From: Tubulanus polymorphus
Taxonomy: Eukaryota > Animalia > Nemertea
Assembly: GCF_964204645.1 (NCBI RefSeq)
Contig: NC_134025.1
Coordinates: 17,025,101-17,089,100 of the forward strand
Direction: 5' to 3'
Length of the DNA stretch: 64,000 nt
Positions within the stretch are counted from its first letter, which is position 1, and each line of letters opens with the position of its first letter. Positions 50,787-63,404 of this stretch are shown here, piece after piece. The position numbers were made by a program, and so were the translations under genes. Under the pieces are notes generated by a model, which worked only from the letters and a program-made list of their open reading frames with translations, ran no database searches and was not told the origin of the DNA.

Positions 50787-52279
50787 AAAGAAGAAAGACA
50801 AAATTAAACTCGTATTTTCCAAGGAGACAAAGGAGGAAGGCTTTTCTACTCATAAATCCAAAAAATATTCACTGTGTAATACATATATGAGACAAGGGTA
50901 GGAACTTTTCAGAGACTCAATCCATTGAAGGTTAAGTAGACAGAACCAAGAAATGTACATTTTGCCCTTTTCCTCTATCTAAAACATCTACAAAATTTCA
51001 ATCAAATGCAGTATGGCATATTATTTCCATGTACAGGGGCGTATCTAGGGGTCTTAGGGGTCTGGACCCCTACCTTGCCCTTAGGGTTACCCCTGTCTTT
51101 TTCGTTGAAAATACTTATACTTATTTCCTTTAAACAAGTAAGCTTTAGAGACAAGATAAGTTGCAGGAGACTTGAAAGTCTCGGCTTCTAGTAGCGATTC
51201 CTGTCAATGCTGTAAAAAATTAAGGTTCTATAAATAGAACGAATTAGTTCAGATCCAATATCCACGATGTACCGTAATTTTAAAGTTCTGCTTTCGGTCT
51301 GACCACAGAGGTTATTTAGGGTTTTCTGACTTTCGTCAAAAACCCTATTGTAATTCTGTTCATTATTATTGTTATTATATATTTTCCGTACATTATTTTT
51401 ATTATTATATATTTTCCTTTTTTTCGTACATAAAATTCACCTTCAATCAGATTCGACAACTAACAGTTTCTATACGAAATTTAGAACTCTGATACAAATA
51501 TAACAGTCTCTCTGGATTTGCAGATTTTTTGTATGCACTGTCCATCCTATTTTAAACTGAAAATTACTTACTGTCACAAAAACAAACGCTGGTGGAAATA
51601 ACCGTTCTCCCGCATATGTTATAACGTTATAATGAAATAACTTATTCGGACTATGTTCATGGCCGACGGAGTGGGTGCGACCTTGGGAGCCCGGCCTACC
51701 CAATGTTTTTTTCCCGCACAATATTTTTAGGGCTCTTTTTTCGTTTTGCCCATTATCCCTTTGAGCGGCCTGGGATTGTGCTCTTCTCCTTGATAACAGT
51801 GTTAATTCTTGTTATTTCCAAGAGTTTGCTGACGATTGGATAAAATGTAAAAATCCTGAATATCATAATTCCGGGCATTGAAGGGCAAATTTAGGGAAAA
51901 TATGGGGGGTTGGCCCTACCAATGTAATTTTGCTTCCAACAGGCCTGATACTCCGGAAATACGCTTGTTTGTGATGTCATTTTATCAGTAAATAAACTAC
52001 TATGTTCAATATGTGTATTACTAATACACAATGCTATTTATCGATAAAAGTGAAATACATAAAAAGATAACTGTACATCGCGTCATGACGGGTGTGAGGT
52101 GTTTTTATTGTAAAACAAAGAACTGACCGTAAGTAATCTAATGCGGGTTTCGGACTTAATTATTTTCTTTTTATTTCGATTTTCGGGAGAAAAGCAGGCG
52201 GCTTCGCGATTTGATGAGAAACAATCAACTTTGAAGGGCCGAAGTTGGCAAGATGAAATGAAAGGCTGAATCCAAGAAG

Positions 52280-52550
52280 CAGGGATGAAAATCTTCCGCG
52301 GATTTCCGCGTGAGGTCCATTTTTTGTAGATCCGTTATATAATAAGAATATTATTTAAAATATTATTGAGAAAATTATAGGGGGGTATACTTAAAGAACA
52401 TAAAAGATCGTAAAAGCGTCTCATAAAACTGGTGCGCCAAAAACTTGAAATTCCAAAATATTCTTGGGGGAGGGCCCCCAAAACCCCCCTAAAGGACTTC
52501 GCACCTTCGGTGCTCGCGACGATTTTTAAACGCCTCTGTTTTCATCCCTG
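52280..52550. mobile_element. hAT-like MITE with 6-bp TSD
   Basis: cagggatgaaaa ... ttttcatccctg; aagaag on both sides; a related terminus lies at 20016. Confidence 0.7.
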
Positions 52551-53054
52551 AAGAAGCCACATGACAACAATAAGCAATGAACAGTATCGGCTAAGTAGTA
52601 TACATTTCAAAACTCTGAAATGGTCTACCTTTCAATTCGGTTGGTTTTCTATAGTAGCTGTTTGAAAGAGTCTACTACTGAAAAGTGACCGTTTTAAAAC
52701 ATCTGGTTTTGATAATGCACACTAGCAGAAGAGGTGACTGTGAAACCACCCGATTGTAAACAGCGACTTTGTGATAGTAACTCCTACCATAATAGCTAGG
52801 AGCAATTATCTAACGAGCAATTAGTTAGATTAGTTAGATAATAGCTACTCACGAAACACACTGTTTCTAAAAGTCAACTATTGAAAAGACCATTTTGAAA
52901 TCGCTTGCCAGATTCCCTGTTTTAAATACACTGCAGTAACATATGCTTCAGATTTGCAGTGATATATGCCAACATAAACATTGAGAAGCCAGTAAAAAAC
53001 TCTATACTCACTCTATAGTTTGGGGAATAGTTGTATTTAGAGTGATTCAGTTAA

Positions 53055-54429
53055 AGGGTAACTGACACTTTTTTTTATTTCAAAATATGATGTATTCTAT
53101 TGATCTATACACTCATTTTCAACCGTTCTGTTCCAAAATGTTTAGTTTACGGGCAATTTGTGATTTTGTAACAAGATTTTTGACCTCATTTCGTTGTTTA
53201 CATCGCTTACTAAAGCGTCGCTTACTTTAGCGTCGGCTAAATCAGCAGGTGCGCGCTGCAACGTCATTAAAGGCAGAGCTGAGAAATAGCGTCTATAGAA
53301 ATGCGTTGAATTTTGAGGAAACTGCGTGTATTTTCTGTTATATCTCAATGCCAGATTGTTTTACAGCTTTGAAACTGGCCAGGGAGGTAAAAGGATCTAT
53401 TGTCTATTGCACAAACCTATTTCAAAGAATCAATGAGTAATTTGAATAGGCTAAATCGATCAAATTGAAGATGCAGATTTCAATCCGCTGCTATGAAGCT
53501 ATTAAAGTACACTATGCTAAGCTCTCAGTACTGTTACTGCTGCTGCATAGTTCACCTATAGTTCAGCACCACAAGCATACTACACAGTGTCTTATAAGCG
53601 ATCACAGATTTCGATCTCGCTAAAGAATAAATAGATTCATATTCATTTACTATTTACTAGTAGTTTGAAAACTAAACACTTGACAACTCTACAAAAACTT
53701 ACAATAAATTTCTACAGCCTTTATAACAAATATTCAAAGGAATAATGTTTTTCGATTAAAGTTTCACGCTGCAGAAGAGTTTTGATAGATTACATCACAA
53801 ATCTTTCACAAACATTATTTTTAAGTTTTAAAATAGGATGGATGAGGAAATATTCTAATTTTGTGACCAAAGCCGCTACCAATACGAGGTATATTTCAAG
53901 AAAACAATTGAAATTGTTCTTGCAGCTAATTCTGTCTATCAGTTCATAAGTCAAAATATTCTTATCTAACCATGATCTTACTATCACTAAATGATAATAC
54001 AAAACGATGATTTAAACATCTGTGTTCCTTGCTGTCTACTAGAACTGCTATTTTTGGGCTTAGTTTGAACGGATATGGTCCGTTCAACAGCTAATTATAA
54101 TCATTAATATGTATAATCAAGAGGCATTTTGTCTCAATTCGAATGCCAAATAGGTATAAAATTAAGTTGAATTGCTCTTGTAGCTTATTTCCTATTCATT
54201 TCTATAGACATCATTTCCGAGCCGTCACTTTAGTGACGTAGTTCTATTAATAGACACAGTACCACGCGTTCAGCAGAAGCAATGTATACACTGAACAAAA
54301 ACAAAATCATCAATTCTGCCTAGATTGAAAAGATTTTTCCAATTATGAAATCACCTAGCCGTATTGTATACTTTAATATATCGTTTAGTGTAAAAAGTAG
54401 AAAATCTTTAAAAAAGTGTCAGCTACCCT
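53055..54429. mobile_element. Kolobok-like element, inverted copy of 45243-46680
   Basis: TTAA flanks, same TIR, colinear reverse complement. Confidence 0.8.
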
Positions 54430-54526
54430 TTAAGATCTGAGTGATTATCTACTCGAACAATCTAAATTGGAGTTAAATTAGTTCACCAATTGTCATTACT
54501 TCGAAATTTCAAGGCGATATTAATGT

Positions 54527-56900
54527 AATGAATGAATGAAGTTTATTTAGACCCAAAACACCAGTACAGAGGTCAGGAGAATACACATATATGAAAATAT
54601 GAATCATTATTAATGTCCAGTAATGTGTCAAGGATTTATCCGAAGCCAAACAAGGCTGAACTCAGATAGAGGATGAACCCTGAAAACTAACGAAAATGAC
54701 AATAGATTATGATATATACATAAAATAATTCTGATAAATTAGACCCTTACAATTTTGATGGTAATAATAATGATAAGAATACTAATTATATTAATGATGA
54801 AAATAATAAAAAATGATAATAATAATGAGAAAAAAAATGATAATAATAGAAAAGCAAAAATAAATACACATAGCATGCAAAATAACAAAAAAAACATTGA
54901 TAATCGTGTACATTATAACACTAATAATAACTCTGCTAATAAAAATAATGAAACTAATGTTAACACTAATAATAACGCTGGTGATAACACTGATAACAGA
55001 TGAGGAAACTAATAATTACACTTATAAAGAAACTGATGATAATTCTAATAACAAATTATACTATTTATGATAATCACACTATAAATATCATTGACGATAA
55101 CACTTATTATAACACTGGTAATAATACTAACGATAGATAATAACACTACAAATAATGCTCATAATCCAATTGCATCATGAATAAAGGAAACGATTTTGAT
55201 TATAAACCAATTACAATACTGTCAATGCAAGTAAACAGGCAAAGGAATTAAATATTTAATCAATTTAATCAGTAGTTTTTAAAGGTAAATTGTTTGTATA
55301 TTGTTATGAATGAGTTTAGGCTGGTGGCATTTCGCAGTCTATTAGGAGAATTTTGCCAAAGAATTGGTACCTGTGCTAGAAATGAGTGATGGAAAGCTTA
55401 CAAGTATGGTTTTGAACTCTAGTATAATTTATATTTTTGGTGTTATAATTATGGTATAAGGAGTTTGTTTGAAATAAATCAAAAATGGGCTGAGGTAATT
55501 GTTTATGAAAATGCCTGTACGCGAATTTTAATAATTCCAAAATAATTAAATCATGGAATTTCAGGATTTTATATTTTTCAAAAATGGGTCCAGTATTTGC
55601 ATTATAACTAGCATTATCCATTAACCTAAAAGCTTTATTTTGAATTTTGAAAATACAATTTTTTGCTGTGCAGATAAAAGGGGTCCCCATACAAAAAGTG
55701 CATAATTTAGGTGACTATGAATATAAGCAAACTAGATTAATGTTTTTGTTTTATTTGGTAATATATTCTTAACGCACCTTAATAGATAAAGATTCTTATT
55801 CAGTTTGTTGATAAGTTGTTTGATATGAAGGTCTCATTTCAGGCTGACTGCAGGAATTTGCAGGACTAAAAATTTACAAGCAAATGAAAGTTGCAAATCT
55901 GTGTTACCAATAGTAATAATTATATCTCGATCTATTTTTTTACCGTTTGGCTGAAATAATAAACATTTTGGTTTATCTTGATTTAATGTTAATTTATTAC
56001 TATTAAACCAATTGACAATGAGATTCAAATCAATTTTAAGATTTTGTATGAGTTTATTAAGATTTCTATTAGATATTTAAAAATCAGTGTCATCTTCTGA
56101 GAAATAGCTTTAGTATGTTTTAGGTAATGCTGAAGGTCGTTAATACAAATTAGGAATAACAATGGCCCAAGTGTGGAACCTTGAGGTACTCCATTTGTGA
56201 GAGAATTACATGAAGAACAAGTATCATTGAAATTAACAAACATTTTCCTATTGTTGAAATAGCTTTCAAACAAATGATAGGCATGTCCTTTAATTCCATA
56301 ATGTTGTCGTTTGCATAGATGTTTACTTATATCTAGACTATCAAAAGCCTTGGATAAGGCTAAGCATAAACCGATGAAATATAATTTGTTATCTAAACTT
56401 TTGATTATATTTCCTGTAAATTCTGTTATTGCATCAGTAGTTGAGTGATTCGGCCTGAATCCATAGTGACTGGCATTTAGAATATTGCTCCCAACGAGAA
56501 AATTATAAAGCCGCTTATATACTAGTTTTTCTAATATCTTTGAGAGAACAGGCAGCAAGGAAATAGTACGATAATTATTTAGAATTTGTTTGTTACCAGA
56601 TTTATAAAGAGGGATAAGCAATTTTCATCCTCTCTGGGGAAATACCTTCTTGTAACGATTTATTGCAAAGAATGGTAAGAGGATTTATAATGGTATTTGC
56701 AATTCGCTTTAATAGTTTATTACTTAAAACATCCGGTCCTTTACTTAGTTTAAGTGGAAGTTGATTTATAATTCTATATATTTCTTCATTGTTTGTTGAC
56801 GTTTTCATTTTTTGGTGGTAAGTAATTCATAAAATTTTGATCAGTTGCTGGTACTGCTTCTGCGTATTTTTTTCCAATAGTAGAGAAGAATATGAAGAAT
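54527..56900 (-). mobile_element. CR1/L2-group LINE, 5'-truncated, with degenerate RT and long 3' UTR
   Basis: NYRTISLLPVLSKILEK, YGFRPNHST, LSKAFD and GVPQGSTLGPLLFLICINDL; AAT-rich 3' UTR; (TTCA)n tail near 54530. Confidence 0.85.
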
Positions 56901-57619
56901 TCTATTTGAACAAATGCAGCTATTTTCAAGCATAGGTGTGCATTTATTATGGACTTCCGCTTAAGCAAAGTCCATTTTGTTATCGCATATCAAACTTGCT
57001 TCCTTTGCATCAAAATACCTTCCAAACGAGGCTTAGTTTCTCTATGGAACTTTTAAAACATTCAATGCAGTAACAGAAGCTCTAACCCTATTGAATTTCA
57101 TCTGTTGCGTATTCATCGATTTAGTTATTGATTTAGTTATTTATTTGTTAGAACTACATTTCGTTTCCGAAGAACACATGCCCTTTTACGTATATTCATG
57201 CTTCACACATGTGCTCATTACTCACTCGCTACTATGTGTTGTATTGATCTGTGCATGTATATGAAAAGCGCGCCTCGCACATGCGTAGTTAAAATTTTTC
57301 TTGGAAACTGCAAATGATTCAATTGCCAGGGTTCGACGTGGCTGGCTGTGGAAGGCAGTAAATTTTATAGAAGGGCAGTAAAATTGGGAACTTGGAAATT
57401 GTTCAATTTACGAAAATGAATTGTCTAACAAACTTCATACACAGTGTAAAGAAATCGTCACACCTTGAACGTGGAGATTGTCTATTTGAGGTAGTGGGGA
57501 AAACCCGCTACCATGTATATTCATGATGAAGCGTCATCCAGTTGTGTATGATGGAGATTGTATCAATAGACGGATTTTCATAAAAACTTCTGGATTCAAT
57601 CAAGGGGGACATCTTAGGC

Positions 57620-59031
57620 TTTTAAGCCCACTTGGGACTTTAGTCCCAGCGGCTATTGCGTTCACTTTTCGTCCGTCATCCGTCTGTTCATCCGTAGACG
57701 GAATCCAGTTATTTTGGGAAGTTTTGAAGACACTTCAAGGTAATGTCCTGATATTTGGTTTATACATGTATCTACCCTAGACACATCTTCAGCCCAAAAA
57801 CTGGCCCTCTCAGATTCAAGACGGCCGACTGGCAGCCATTGTTCTCCAAAATCAGCACTTTTTACACATTTTCGAAGTTTTCGAGGGAAATTTTGAAGAC
57901 GCTTTGATCAGTTACGTTGATCTTTCGTTTATATTTGAATTTACCAAGGGCCCAACAGCATAAGAAAAATTGGGTCGATCTTACACAAGATGGCCGTCCT
58001 ATGACCTTTTTTGTGCCCAAAAATGTCAATTTTGGCCAGAATTCTAGGTCCTGTAGCTTCCTACCGGTTTGCCATTTCTCATTGCAATTTGTGATGGGTA
58101 TTCTTTGGAAAGGGATGTTTTATACCTGAGACAGGTATTTTTGATCAGCCAATAATGACGCAATTGGCGGCCATCTTGGTGTTATCAGTACTCATTGGTA
58201 GGTGGGAAAAAAGTTTTTCCACATTAAATTGATACCTAAGCGTTACTATATTCAATTGGAAAGTTGTGGCCCATAACGTGTTCTATGATTTTGGTGAGTT
58301 TCAAGGTCATTGGTTTTTGTATGTGGCCACCAGAGGGCGTAGAATAATACAATAACTTAGTATTTCTATATTATATTTGTACCTATGCATATTTTGTTAC
58401 CACAATCAATTGCAAAGTTGTAGCTCATGACATCTTCCATGATTTTGGTGAGTTTTAAGGACATAAGTTATTCAATATGGTCACCAGGTGGCGTTGAATT
58501 GTAGAATAATAGTATTTACTTATTAGATTGGTACCTTGGCATATTTTAGTACCATAATCAATTGCAAAGTTGTAGTTCATGACATCGTCTATGATTGTGG
58601 TGAGTTTTTAAGGACATCAGTTATTCCATATAGTCACCAGGGGGCGTTGAATAGTAGAATAGCTTAGTATTTCCTTATTAGATTGGTACCTAGGCATATT
58701 TTGTTACCATGATCATTTGCAAAGTTGTATTTCATGGCATGTACTACAATTGTGGTGAGTTTTAAGGTCATTGGGTTTTGCATATGGTCACCAGGGGCGT
58801 TGAATAGTAGAATAACTTAGTATTTCCATATTGAATTGGTAACGAGGCATATTTTGTTATCACAATCAATTACAAAATCATAGCTGCTGACATGTTCTAT
58901 GATTGTGGTGGGTTTCAAGGTCATTGGTTTTTTTATATAGTCACCAGGGGGCGTTTAATATTAAAATTGTTATATTGTTGAGCATTTGAAACCACTTCCC
59001 ACGTGGGCATAGTGTCCCTGAACCCCTAGTT
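57620..59031 (+). mobile_element. Complete HINE-like family B element with central ~154-bp tandem array
   Basis: subTIR gcccacttggga / tcccacgtgggc; 5' hairpin and gtcc microsatellite; units start at 58253, 58407, 58559, 58714 and 58867; 3' stem-loop then gtt. Confidence 0.85.
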
Positions 59032-59199
59032 ATAAGAGATATTGATATAATTATCATCTTTCAAATGATAATAATATTCACCATCTAAAGATTTCAATAT
59101 TGTTTCAATTTAAAGATTTCAATATTGAGCACCTATATCATTTATATTATACCCGGATTTTTCAAATATAGGTTTTAAATGATGAATTAATTCATTATA

Positions 59200-59990
59200 T
59201 TCTAAATCTTGTTTAACTAAATCTAGATATTTTCTGGAATCGATGTATTTTTATCATTAAGAATTTAATCTTCAAATAAAACTTTGTATTGTTTTTGTGT
59301 ATCAAATGACATATTTAAATTTCCAATAATCGGGGATCTTGTTTCAACTTGTGCACCTAAAATACAAATTTAATATATTCTAATAGATTGATTTATTGGC
59401 TGTATATCTGATTTTGTAAAACCTTCAATATTATCTAAAATGAAATAAATTTAACCATTATTATGTTCTTGTTTTAAATTATCACAAAATTTCGGTGATT
59501 TATTGAGATTAAATGTTTTTAAATCTATATTTTCTATTTTACCATAACCTAATTTATTATTATATATATTGTAAAAACTATTAACTGGTAAGGGAAGTGC
59601 ACGATATTATATCATATTTTCAGGGAAAGGACTTGATCTAATTGTTCCAATTTTTGTTCTAAAATCAGAATTATTTATATTTATATTAAATTCATTACAA
59701 TTTTTATAAAACTTTGATAAATTAATATTATTATCTAATTCTTTAGAATATTTTTATCCCGGTAATGGACATTTCATTAATTCATTAAGTATAATTCTAA
59801 TTTGAAAATAAGTATTAACTTTGAATTAATTTATATTTTGAATTATTCAAATGATCATTCCAACTTATTCCACATCCTGTTGTTGCACAATAAACTGCAA
59901 AATTTCATTGGTTCTGCCAATATTATATATTAGTTTATGATAACCATTGTTTTTCATCTTTTAATTTTTTTAAATTAAGTAAATATACAT
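59200..59990 (-). pseudogene. Decayed very AT-rich gene, candidate endogenous Polinton/Maverick-like virus gene
   Basis: WQNQ*NFAVYCATTGCGISWNDHL (59919-59848), then FQIRIILNEL..CPLPG, EGFTKSDIQPINQSIRIY and CILGAQVETRSPIIG..FDTQKQYK; stops and frameshifts. Family assignment from memory only. Confidence 0.5.
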
Positions 59991-60328
59991 GAAATATATT
60001 TTCCATTTTTACATTAAAATTACCAGTTTCGGTAACATAAATATATGAATTAATTAATGAATTGTAAACTTCATTTCTATATGTAATATTTTTATTAAAA
60101 ATCTAACGCTAGAATATTATGTTTCATTGTTCATTTATTATATTTTGGAAAATTACCATTTATATTTAAAAAAATACTTATTTATAATTATAATTATAGA
60201 TCATTACTAATAATTGATTTGTTCTTTTAATAATTATCTTTTCCTTCAACTGTAATATTTCCATTTAAACTAAATATATAATCTAATGTATTTTTCAATT
60301 TATTAATTTCTTTTATAATAGATTTTAT

Positions 60329-61457
60329 TGGTTTACCTCTGTCAGCGTCATTGAGCCAATTCATGCGAAATCGTGGTACGTTTTTTTATGTGAGCATTTG
60401 TTTCATTGGTTCTCGGCTTAAACGACGTATAATCGATGCGATTGAAGACATGGCGAACCTCCATCGATAACGTGGTCAACATTGCTAAATTTCTACGAAA
60501 AACTGTTTTTTGCGGGAAAATTCTTAGCTCTCGCGTATAAATTGCAATGACCTCGATTGGGGGGCGTTGTCTCTACGAGCGAATGTGATTGGCTGTTTTT
60601 GGGATATACGGGGAATTCCGGCGCTACTAAAATTATTATGGGAAAGCCATAGAATGGCGAACGTTTCATTGGACTAGGTGCCGTATACATGCGAATTTCA
60701 AATGCTCATTACTGGTGAGAATGTAATTATTATCCGCCATAGGTATTGTTTCATTTTAATACCCGGTGATAGATTTGATTGACATTGAAGTGTAAGCGAA
60801 CATTCACTTACACAAGGCCTCCACGTGCGCGTGGAAATCATTAAAGATTAGACTGTTGCAGACACAAACACACGCGCGTACAGTATACACTACTATAGTG
60901 ATACTGTAACGCTGCTTGCTGGCGCGTTTGACATTTCATCAGCAGAAGATTAGCGCTGTGTTTTCTGTTTGATAGAATTCGTAATAAATTGTAATTTCAT
61001 GTGACCTGAAAATACTAAGCAGCAAACTATAGGTATAGGTCGAGGTCTGAATATTGTAGTGGTAAATTCCAGGATTTAAAACGATCTAATACGCCGATTT
61101 CTTGCTGCACTGGTATTTTAGCTTCCGCGGCCATACATTCAGCCACCCTCTGATATGTGACATCATATGAATTTTATTTGAATATTTTTTCATATTATGA
61201 AAAATATTTCTTTGAAAATATGAAATAGTTTCCATGCCGCGCCTACCTGTACCCTACGAAATTTTGGATGTGGACCGTAAACAAATGTATATCTTTGGTC
61301 TTATTTGACTACAAAATAATCCTTTAAGAAAGATAAAATACAATATTTAAACTTGTAGAACTTTGAAGTCACGAATTAAAAAGATTTTTCAGCAATGCCC
61401 TTACCCCAAACAATCTCTAGCTTTCAAGGTAAACCACACTTTGCCCATGGGCAATTT
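60329..61457 (+). mobile_element. HINE-like family D with both ends
   Basis: subTIR tggtttacct / aggtaaacca plus the palindrome ttgcccatgggcaa (61441-61454). Confidence 0.7.
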
Positions 61458-62473
61458 ATTTTTTCTTTATTACTTTTTATTACTGGTTCCGGTTAAAACA
61501 CTTGAACTTAAACCTAAAACCCCAATTGATATAGCTAAAGGTGTTAATGGGCTGAATATTGCTAAAAATATTTTACGGAACTATTTGTAACTGAACCACT
61601 AATAATAAAATAATATATAATTTCACTTTTTCAATATTTTTTCATTTTCACTTTTAAATCATTTTCAAATTCTAATATTTGTTTTTCTAAATATGATTTT
61701 AATTTAGTTTTATTTATATCATGAGGAATAATATTAACACCATCAATTTTATCTTCCAATTATGTACCTCCGGTTTATAAATATCACAGTGTTTGGATAT
61801 CACTGTTATTCCAAATATCAGTATCCATGGGATTATTTGGGATTAATTCTCAGCGTCAGAATGCGTACTTCTAGAGCAGTGGAACGGCAGCCTACTCGTG
61901 AATGAAACCCGTATGTGATCGTGCGGGAACGCCTTTACTAAAGTTAAAACCATTTCATGATGACACAAACATCGAACGGTAAACGGTAGGCTACCACCAT
62001 GATACGATATCACCAATAAAGATAGATCATTTTATTCAATTTTACCAGAGTTGTTTATTGGAGGAAAGTATCATTGTTAAGTACGCCGAGAACAACCATG
62101 TTGTAATATCAGTTGACTGGCATTGATTGATTGATTGATTGATTTTATTTTCATAGAACATAGTTTAGTATAATAATTTATCTTACAAAATACCACAATG
62201 AATTATGAATTATTGTAAAATTCGATTCGGCAATATTCTAATATAAATTTTCTTTTTAGGACGCCCTACCCGCCTGCTGCGCACTCATAAGGCGGTAGCA
62301 CCCTCTTACGCACTCGGCAGAGATTCGCTTTGTAATGCGCGTCGGGAAAAAATACCTTTTATTATCTTTTCCATGCGTTAAACAACAGTGATTGAATTTA
62401 CGCGTTGTTTGTCGTAAATTACAATATCTCGATGGTTATTTGCCGCTGCTGTAGTTTTTTGGAATTGAATCGA

Positions 62474-62700
62474 GCGGCCTCGGTAGCTCAGTGAGATAAG
62501 GCGTGATGCTGTTGTATCCACTATCGATGCTGAGTTACAAGTGGGTTCGAGTCCTGCTGGCTGCGAACAGTGTGCGGGCAACACTTCAAAGGCCGGACCG
62601 TCGTGAGGTTAAATGAACAATCCAATAGGAATAGTCTTGGGAAACCAAGATCCAAACGACGTACGTAATGCCAAACAAACAAAAAGACAAACAAACAATC
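62474..62700 (+). mobile_element. tRNA-derived SINE
   Basis: A box tagctcagtgag, B box gggttcgagtcc, (aaac)n tail. Confidence 0.7.
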
Positions 62701-63189
62701 ATCAGCCGGCCTCAGTGACACCAACGCCGGCATCGCTCTCTGCGACGTTTTGCATGCATACATGCATCAGAGCTTGGAGCTCTAAGATCAGAGGGTCTTG
62801 CAATTGCATTCAGAAAAATTGTTCTGTTTTTTTTTTCATTATTCAGTGGGGCCTAACAGTTCATGCGTAAAAATGGGTTTTTGTATCCAAATCTTGATTG
62901 ATATAAATATCTTGGCTGGGACATGATGGAAAACATCAGAATAAACTAGTTTCGTCTTTTTAACAGAATCGCATTAATGAGGTTTAACAGTACAAATAGC
63001 CTAGGCTAAATCGTTCGGCAAAAAATAAATTCACTTTCAGGAATAAAATCGCACTGGACAAATAGACCTTTAAGTCTGTGGTTCTCCCAATCAACATCGC
63101 CATAGAAGATTTGCCGGCAGATGTAAAACATTATAACCACTTAATACCACAGTATAATCTACCAATGCTTCAAGGCTCGTGGGCCTCTT

Positions 63190-63282
63190 GTTATCAATAT
63201 GTTTAAATAAATATCCACCACCAGTAAATGCTAAAGCGTTAACAATTGCTGATACTATGATAGTTATAATTGCAGATGCCAT
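63190..63282 (-). pseudogene. Truncated small hydrophobic protein gene, candidate Polinton-like virus accessory gene
   Basis: taaATG start; MASAIITIIVSAIVNALAFTGGGYLFKHID, then cut by a HINE-type 3' end (ggctcgtgggcctcttgtt, ~63175-63193). Confidence 0.45.
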
Positions 63283-63404
63283 TTATTTAACATAAAAATT
63301 ACGCATCAATTGGAGGAATATGTTTCTGTTTTTCTAAATAATCAATTGTTAAATTAGATAAAGTAACTGCTAATGTTAGTATATATTTCGGATATATGTG
63401 AATC

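Noticed and set aside
51034-51967. hAT-like element starting caggggcgtatctagg
   Set aside because: The right terminus is too degenerate and no TSD could be defined.
54755-55003. Asn-rich ORF, and the Tyr/Ile-rich ORF at 15767-15976
   Set aside because: Artefacts of AAT-rich low-complexity tracts.
62474-62560. Possible tRNA genes here, at 48540-48615 and near 22000
   Set aside because: No proper cloverleaf; each is followed by a SINE body (two also with clear tails, one with a TSD).
63091-63190. C-terminal half of the listed ORF 63091-63282
   Set aside because: It is read-through into a HINE 3' end; only the first ~30 codons belong to the original gene.
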